64,000 nt of DNA from a bacterium (GTDB lineage: Bacteria; Patescibacteriota; Patescibacteriia; UBA2196): positions 3,498 to 67,497 of the forward strand of contig DAOOOW010000003.1 in NCBI GenBank assembly GCA_035387885.1. Direction: 5' to 3'. Each line of letters starts with the position of its first letter. Within the stretch, counting starts at the first letter, position 1. Positions 57,699 to 64,000 of the stretch are shown in pieces. Below the pieces are notes generated by a model. That model was given only the letters and a program-made list of their open reading frames with translations. It did not search any database and was not told where the DNA came from. The translations under genes and the position numbers were made by a program.

Positions 57699-58358
57699 TT
57701 ATTTTTTCTCCTGCATTTTCTTTATCTCTGCAGCTAATCGATTCTTAAAACTATTCAACCTGTCCTGTAAAACACTAACATCAACACCCTTTGTCTTGGC
57801 TTCGCCAGCAGTTTCTTTAATTTCTGTCTTTATTTCTGCTAACGCTATTCGTGCCGCCCTTATTCTAGCATTTCTATTGTTTATTAGCTCGTAACCAATA
57901 ATGGTTACAGTTGCTTTTTTGTTTGCATATCTATTAGTGACCTTACGGGCTTCCATGCTACCGGTTACACAGATATCTATCTCATTACCAGAAATACCAC
58001 TGCCAACATCGCAGGCTAAAAAAATAATAGAATACCCATTTCTCTCATAACCATCAATAGTAAAAATCTTGCCCAGAGCAATAACTTTGGGATCAACCGC
58101 TGCCGAAACATAACTTCCTAAATAATACCCTTGTAAAGTACGTAAAGGTATTCCCCGGCGATCAAATCCGCCACCTTCTCTTTTTGCTTCTTCTTCTGTT
58201 TTATATCCTTCTGGTGGCGGTGGCCAATAACCTGTTGTGACCACATCTTTAATAACTATTCTTTCACTTTCATCATACAACTCATACTGAAAATCTTGGG
58301 CTACTACAACCGTAGTAACGATAAATGCTAATAACACAATTATTTTCCATTTACCCAT
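57699..58358 (-). CDS. secreted 3D-domain (MltA-like) protein with a coiled-coil tail
   Basis: signal peptide; TGY, AAVDPKVIALG and ACDVGSGISGNEIDIC; GGAGG SD and own promoter. Confidence 0.8.
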   Translation of the reverse strand: MGKWKIIVLLAFIVTTVVVAQDFQYELYDESERIVIKDVVTTGYWPPPPEGYKTEEEAKREGGGFDRRGIPLRTLQGYYLGSYVSAAVDPKVIALGKIFTIDGYERNGYSIIFLACDVGSGISGNEIDICVTGSMEARKVTNRYANKKATVTIIGYELINNRNARIRAARIALAEIKTEIKETAGEAKTKGVDVSVLQDRLNSFKNRLAAEIKKMQEKK

Positions 58359-58451
58359 CTTGTCCTCCAGCTGTTTATATTTTTAATAATAATTTTTTCT
58401 TGAATATTCCAGCATATATTATCTATTAAAAAAAGTCAAGGAAACAAAAAT

Positions 58452-58472
58452 AGACAGGTTTTAAACTTGTCT
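58452..58472 (-). terminator. probable terminator hairpin
   Basis: AGACAGGTTT-T-AAACTTGTCT with an adjacent A-run. Confidence 0.5.
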
Positions 58473-58509
58473 CTACCATCATACATTATTTATACCCCAT
58501 TATATAATT

Positions 58510-59889
58510 TTACTGTCCGCCTCCACTCAACACCGTTTTAATAGTCTTTAGAACAATAGATAAATCTAAAAGCATTGATCTGTTTTTAATATAATACAAA
58601 TCATATTGTAATTTTTCTAAGGCATCTGCTTCGCTTGAGCCGTAAGGAAAATTAATTTGTGCCCAACCAGTAAGCCCAGGTTTAATCAGTAATCTTTCGT
58701 TATAATAAGGAATTTTATTTTCTAGTTTTTCCACAAATTCTGGCCGCTCTGGCCGTGGCCCAATAAAACTCATTTCGCCACGCAAGATATTAATTAATTG
58801 AGGAATTTCATCAATTCGTGTTTTTCTAAAAAATTTACCACTTTTAGTAACTCGGGGGTCATTTTTAGTGGCCCACTGCGGTCCGTTAACTTCTGCATTT
58901 CTATGCATGGTGCGAATTTTAATAGCTAAAAATTTTTTACCAAGCTTGCCAGTTCTGGTTTGCATAAATAAAAAAGGTCCATGACTATTTAATTTAACAA
59001 TTAAATATAACAACGGTAAAAAAGGAATAGCCACAATTAAAATTATGAGAGCCAAAATAAGATCTAGACTTCTTTTACCTATTTCATAAACAGTTTTTTG
59101 ACTTTCTTTTAAATTTTCTAAAAACCAAATTTGCCCAATAGAATTAACCGGAATTTTACCAGTAAATTTTTCGATAAAACTTGGTAAATCAAAAAAATAT
59201 ATTTTTAAAGGAATACATTCATACAAACTATTGACTAATTCGGGATTGTGATGAGGATTTAAAGCTGTGATGATGGTTTTAATTTTTTTAATTTTTACTA
59301 AACCAGGCAAAGAATGTGGCGGGTTTAGAATTTCTATATCTAAAATTTTTTCCAGATCCATGTTTGTTCCACCTTCATTAATAATGCCCACAACTTTTAA
59401 GCCCAATTGCGGATTATCATTAATTTCTCTGGCCAAAGACAAAGTTTCTTGATTTAAGCCAATAATTAAAACATTATTTTGCCAAGGTTTAATTTTGACT
59501 AATAAATTAAAAATTTGTCGCCAAGCAAGAAACAAGATAGTTAAAAGCGCGAATTCCAGTAATAAATTGGTTTTAGGAGTAATACCTGGTCTGATAACAT
59601 AGAAAAAAGCCATGGAGACTCCTGCGCACCAAGCCAAACTTTTCATTAAAATAGTATAAAAAATTAAATTAGTTCTAGCAATTTGTAAACTGTAGATACC
59701 AGAGATGTAAAAAATAAGCATCCAAATGACAAAAATAAAACTAAAGGGCCAAAAATGTTGGGCCCATCTTTCTTCTATTTCTAAACTCTGATAACGAATT
59801 AACAGAGTTAAATAAAGCGAAAGATATAAAATACCAAGATCACCTAAAATCAAAATTACTTTTTTTATTTTAGTGAGAATATCAGACAT
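58510..59889 (-). CDS. second undecaprenyl-phosphate sugar-1-phosphate transferase
   Basis: KRSLDL, KIRTM, DPRVT, RIDEIPQ, MSFIGPRPERP, KPGLTGWAQ and YDLYYIKN. Confidence 0.95.
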   Translation of the reverse strand: MSDILTKIKKVILILGDLGILYLSLYLTLLIRYQSLEIEERWAQHFWPFSFIFVIWMLIFYISGIYSLQIARTNLIFYTILMKSLAWCAGVSMAFFYVIRPGITPKTNLLLEFALLTILFLAWRQIFNLLVKIKPWQNNVLIIGLNQETLSLAREINDNPQLGLKVVGIINEGGTNMDLEKILDIEILNPPHSLPGLVKIKKIKTIITALNPHHNPELVNSLYECIPLKIYFFDLPSFIEKFTGKIPVNSIGQIWFLENLKESQKTVYEIGKRSLDLILALIILIVAIPFLPLLYLIVKLNSHGPFLFMQTRTGKLGKKFLAIKIRTMHRNAEVNGPQWATKNDPRVTKSGKFFRKTRIDEIPQLINILRGEMSFIGPRPERPEFVEKLENKIPYYNERLLIKPGLTGWAQINFPYGSSEADALEKLQYDLYYIKNRSMLLDLSIVLKTIKTVLSGGGQ

Positions 59890-59989
59890 AAATCAAGATG
59901 CTTTTATTATACTTATTTTTAACAAATTTGGCAAATTGTGTTAATATCTAAGATGGATTATAATAAATACTATAATAAATAATTAAAAT

Positions 59990-62206
59990 ATGACCAACAA
60001 AAAAGTTCCTCTCTATTTTGCTTATGCCCTTAAAACAGTTTTATATTTAATTTTAATAACTCCGATTTTAATTTCTTCAAAATATCTTTTTCCTTTTATT
60101 ACCACTAAAACTATTTATTTTAGATTGATGGTGGAAATTGCTTTGGTTTTATATTTAATTTTACTTTTTATAACTAATGAGTTTAAGCCCAAAATGAACA
60201 AACTTTCTTGGAGCGTGGTTATTTTTGGTGGTGTAATTTTTTTAACAGGTATTACCGGAATGGATTTTTATCGGACTTTTTGGGGCACAATTGAAAGGGG
60301 AGAAGGCTTTTTAACTATTAGCCATTTGATGATTTATTTTTTGTTATTAACTTGGGTTTTTAAAAGTAAAAAAGATTGGCTTAATTATATAAGCGCTTTA
60401 ATTGGCGTGGGCTTAATGGTTGATTTATACGCGATTTTACAAAAAGCTCAAGTAGAAAATTTTTTCTTGTTTGGCCGGGTTATTAATTCTGGCGGTCGTT
60501 TGACAGCTACTTTGGGTAACGCGGCTTTCTTGGGCGCTTTTACTTTAGCCCAATTCTTTTTATCTCTTTTAATTGTTTTAAAAAGGAATCATTGGGGCTG
60601 GAAAATTTTAGGCGCCTCGGGGGCTTTAATAAATTTATACGTACTTTTTCAAACTCAAACCAGAGGTGCGGGCATTGCTCTGGCTATAGTTTTAATTATT
60701 GGTAGCCTATTTTTTGCTCTTAAGATTAGAGAGAAAAAATTAAAATTTATGGCTCTTGGTTTTTTTATTTTAATAATTGCCTCGATTATTTTGATTTTTA
60801 CTTTTAAAAACAGTTCTTTGGTGCAAAATAATCCCATGCTTTATCGTTTGGTTAGTATTTCCAAAACAGATATTACCACTGAATCGCGTTTATTAGCCTG
60901 GGACACCTCTTGGAAGGGTTGGCAAGATAGATTTATTTTTGGTTATGGCTGGGAAAATTACAATATAGCTTTTAATAAATATTTTCACGCGGAAATTTTT
61001 AAAGACGCTGGTTCGCAATTATGGTTTGATCGAGCCCACAATACAATTTTTGATGTGGCTGTGGCTACTGGTTTAATTGGTTTAATTAATTATTTAACAA
61101 TTTTTGGTTTAGCTCTTTATTATTTATATAAAAAATTGGCTAAAGATTTTTATTTAAGTTTTATTTTAATGTGTTCGCTGGTGGCGCATTTTATACAAAA
61201 TATTTTTGTTTTTGATGTCTTATCAACCTATGTGATTTTATATACTGTTTTGGCTTTAATAACATTTATAAATTTTGAAGAGGAAGAAAATCCCAATAAA
61301 AATAATCCTAAAAAAGATTTTAATATTATTTTATTAATCGGCCTTATTTTGATCATAACTTTTCTGGCTTATATTTTTAATTGCAAACCTTTGCAAGCCA
61401 ATAAAATTGGTATTCAAGCACTTTCTTTGGCTGGCAGTGATGAAAAACAAACAGTTAAATTGTTTGAAGAAGGTATTGCTTTAAATACTTATCAAACCAT
61501 GGAATTAAGACAAAAATTAGCTGATAACATCTTGGCTGTTAACAGGACAAAAAATGGTTTAACCCAAGATGATGTCAATAATAATTATCAAATTAGCATT
61601 AAAGAAATTAAAAAAAATATTGAAGAGCACCCCAATGATGTGCAAAATCATTTATATTTAATGGCTTTAAATAATCAATATGGTTCTTCCAATAAACAAG
61701 CTTATGGCGAAGTTTTGATTTGGGGGGAGAAGGCTTTAAGACTTTCTCCAACTAGACCGCAAATTTATTTTGAAATGGGACAGGCTAGCATTAATTTAGG
61801 TAATTTTACAGACGGCATCACTTATTTTAAAAAAGCTTTAGCTCTTAATGAAGAAGCTCAAGAATCTCATTGGAATCTGTTTGCTGCTTATTCCTTAATT
61901 AAAAAAAATGAATTAGCTGATGCTGAAATAAAATGGCTAGAAAATAATGGTTTTGACTTTACTTCTTCACAAAATTTAAATCGTTTGTATACTATTTATA
62001 TGTTGTCTGATCGCAAAGAAAAAATGGTGGAAACTTTAGAAAAACTTATTGATCTTGAACCAAACGCAGATAATTATGCTAAAATAGCCGCTGCCTATAA
62101 AGAAGTGGGACAATTTGATAAAGCGCGCGCTGCAGTTAATAAAGCCGTGGAATTAAATCCAGAACTGCAAGCCGAAGCAGTTAAATTTTTACAACTCTTA
62201 AAGTAG
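59990..62206 (+). CDS. O-antigen ligase / O-oligosaccharyltransferase-family protein with C-terminal TPRs
   Basis: ATLGN, TQTRG, R...W, GYGWENY, DRAHN and GLIG; TPR helices. Confidence 0.9.
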   Translation: MTNKKVPLYFAYALKTVLYLILITPILISSKYLFPFITTKTIYFRLMVEIALVLYLILLFITNEFKPKMNKLSWSVVIFGGVIFLTGITGMDFYRTFWGTIERGEGFLTISHLMIYFLLLTWVFKSKKDWLNYISALIGVGLMVDLYAILQKAQVENFFLFGRVINSGGRLTATLGNAAFLGAFTLAQFFLSLLIVLKRNHWGWKILGASGALINLYVLFQTQTRGAGIALAIVLIIGSLFFALKIREKKLKFMALGFFILIIASIILIFTFKNSSLVQNNPMLYRLVSISKTDITTESRLLAWDTSWKGWQDRFIFGYGWENYNIAFNKYFHAEIFKDAGSQLWFDRAHNTIFDVAVATGLIGLINYLTIFGLALYYLYKKLAKDFYLSFILMCSLVAHFIQNIFVFDVLSTYVILYTVLALITFINFEEEENPNKNNPKKDFNIILLIGLILIITFLAYIFNCKPLQANKIGIQALSLAGSDEKQTVKLFEEGIALNTYQTMELRQKLADNILAVNRTKNGLTQDDVNNNYQISIKEIKKNIEEHPNDVQNHLYLMALNNQYGSSNKQAYGEVLIWGEKALRLSPTRPQIYFEMGQASINLGNFTDGITYFKKALALNEEAQESHWNLFAAYSLIKKNELADAEIKWLENNGFDFTSSQNLNRLYTIYMLSDRKEKMVETLEKLIDLEPNADNYAKIAAAYKEVGQFDKARAAVNKAVELNPELQAEAVKFLQLLK

Positions 62207-62207
62207 C

Positions 62208-62273
62208 GCGAATTGTGCGAATTAAAATTGCGAATTAATTGCGAATAATTTAAAGTGCGAATCCCTATAGGGA
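62208..62273. repeat. GCGAAT x5 irregular repeat plus a TCCCTATAGGGA palindrome
   Basis: GCGAAT at 62208, 62217, 62230, 62241 and 62257. Confidence 0.8.
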
Positions 62274-62287
62274 CAAATGTCTAAATT

Positions 62288-64000
62288 ATGAAAATAAAAA
62301 AAATAAAATTTTTATTACCCTATTGCCTGATTATAATATTACTAATTTTAGGTAATTTTTTTTCTATTCCTGTAAAAGCAATTTCTGCCAGCAATATTTT
62401 ACCTCCGCATCAATCCGGTGAACTTCTTATTAAACTTAAAAATAGCCAACAAATTTATAAATTTAAATTTCAAAACGATAATGAATTACAAGAATTAATA
62501 AAATTTTATCAAGAACAAAAAGATGTTGAATTAGTAGAACCCAATTATCTCTATCAAGCTGCACTCATTCCCAATGATCAATATTATGATGAACAATGGT
62601 ATTTGGAAAAAATTCAAGCGCCCAATGCTTGGAATATAACTACTGGCACCAATCTGCCAATCATTGCTATTATAGATTCTGGGGTGGATATTGATCATCC
62701 AGATTTAAAAAATAATATTTGGACAAATTCTAAAGAAATTGCTAATAACGGTATTGACGATGATCAAAATGGTTTTACAGATGATTTTTACGGTTGGGAT
62801 TTTGTAGACAATAACAACAATGTTAAACCAACTATTAAAGAACCATATTCTGATATAGGTTTAAAACACGGCACGGTTGTAGCTGGAGTGGTGGCTGCTG
62901 AAGGTGGTAATAAGGAAGGTGTTGCTGGAATATCTTGGCATGCCAAAATTATGGTTATTAAAGCTTTGGACAATGCCGGCGTTGGTGACACATTAACTGT
63001 ATCCAAAGCTATTGATTATGCCAGAGTTATGGGTGCTAATATTATTAATTTAAGTTTTGTGGGTGAAGGTAATAGTCAAACTTTAGAAACAGCTATTAAA
63101 CAAGCTTATGAAGCAGACATTATGGTTGTAGCAGCGGCCGGTAACGAAGTTAAGGATGGTGTTAATATGAATACCAGCCCCAGATATCCAGCTTGTCATA
63201 ATGGACCCAATGGTGACAATTGGGTTATAGCTGTGGGCTCTTTAGATGCCAATGATGTTAAAGCCAGTTTTTCTAATTATGGTTCCAACTGTTTAGATAT
63301 TTCAGCGCCTGGAGTAGGAATTTTTAGTACAGTATATTATAATAACAATAATGATAAATATAAAAAATATTATGAACGCGGTTGGACAGGTACTTCTGTC
63401 TCAGCGCCACAAATTGCTGGAGCGGCTGCATTAATTAAATCCTTAAGACCAGAATTGCCTTTTAATCAAATCAAAAAAATAATTTTACAAAATACTGATA
63501 ATATTGATGAGACTAATAAAAATTTAAAAGGATTTTTGGGTAATGGCCGTTTAAATTTAATTAAAAGTATTTCTAATGCTTTAATGGCCACACCAGAAAC
63601 TTCCATTCAACCGAAAAGAATTATCACTTCGCCTGTCTCGGCTGGAGGCCCACATATTAAAATTTTTAGAAAAGGAATTTTGGAACAGCAATTTTTTGCT
63701 CATGATGAAAAATTTCGTGGTGGTTTAAGTTTAGCTGGTTATACTACTAATGAACAACTAAAAATTGTGGTTGGTTTGGGCAAAGGCACATACCCGTGGA
63801 TAAAGATATTTTCTAATACCAATACTTTAATAGAAAAGATGTCCGCATTTGCAGAAAATTTTCGTGGCGGTGTTGAAGTGACGGCGGGTCAAGTAAACGC
63901 GGACAAAGAAATAGAAATAGTGGCAACAGCAGGAGTAAGTGGCGGACCACAAATAAGAATTTTTAATGAATTGGGGTTAGTTAAAAGCAGTTGGTTTGCT
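62288..64000 (+). CDS. secreted S8 subtilisin-like peptidase with C-terminal FG-GAP-like repeats (runs off the window; missing from the ORF track)
   Basis: signal peptide; IAIIDSG (Asp), HGTVVAG (His), AAAGN and GTSVSAP (Ser); AGGPHIKIF/FRGG repeats. Confidence 0.93.
   Translation, partial: MKIKKIKFLLPYCLIIILLILGNFFSIPVKAISASNILPPHQSGELLIKLKNSQQIYKFKFQNDNELQELIKFYQEQKDVELVEPNYLYQAALIPNDQYYDEQWYLEKIQAPNAWNITTGTNLPIIAIIDSGVDIDHPDLKNNIWTNSKEIANNGIDDDQNGFTDDFYGWDFVDNNNNVKPTIKEPYSDIGLKHGTVVAGVVAAEGGNKEGVAGISWHAKIMVIKALDNAGVGDTLTVSKAIDYARVMGANIINLSFVGEGNSQTLETAIKQAYEADIMVVAAAGNEVKDGVNMNTSPRYPACHNGPNGDNWVIAVGSLDANDVKASFSNYGSNCLDISAPGVGIFSTVYYNNNNDKYKKYYERGWTGTSVSAPQIAGAAALIKSLRPELPFNQIKKIILQNTDNIDETNKNLKGFLGNGRLNLIKSISNALMATPETSIQPKRIITSPVSAGGPHIKIFRKGILEQQFFAHDEKFRGGLSLAGYTTNEQLKIVVGLGKGTYPWIKIFSNTNTLIEKMSAFAENFRGGVEVTAGQVNADKEIEIVATAGVSGGPQIRIFNELGLVKSSWFA

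Noticed and set aside
9934-60837. Other 60-95 aa ORFs nested in or antisense to long genes
   Set aside because: Fully overlapped by well-supported genes, with no motifs or initiation signals.
62788-63006. Minus-strand 72-aa ORF
   Set aside because: Antisense to the S8 peptidase, which the ORF track missed because it has no stop in the window.

Overview
AT-rich bacterial chromosome segment using the standard code (TGA is a real stop). It is most consistent with a Patescibacteria/CPR genome; this is an inference from the reduced PriA, MurF and MscL, SD-less core genes and typical small proteins. The left third holds housekeeping and envelope genes: queH, an HtrA-like protein, a CAP protein, GH1, murF, mscL, RNase P RNA, def, priA and gap. 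Most of the rest is a very large, mosaic surface-glycan locus. It has 2 priming sugar transferases, 10 GT4, 2 GT2, 4 GT-C-like membrane proteins, GtrA, Wzx, an O-antigen-ligase/TPR protein, 5 class I methyltransferases, an Ntn-amidotransferase fusion, 4 intact plus 1 broken cobalamin-dependent radical SAM enzymes, and 1 SPASM radical SAM enzyme. Three things are overlaid on this. (1) Several families of short palindromes and 7-8 nt tandem repeats have inserted in frame into working genes (queH, priA, several GT4s), sometimes nested in each other, and a REP-flanked RAYT transposase remnant is present. (2) Orphan genes with strong SD sites, often with their own promoter and terminator, are dropped between SD-less core genes; one is bracketed by a 26-bp direct repeat. 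(3) A candidate 6S-like structured RNA lies upstream of priA. All calls come from reading motifs by eye; no searches were run.
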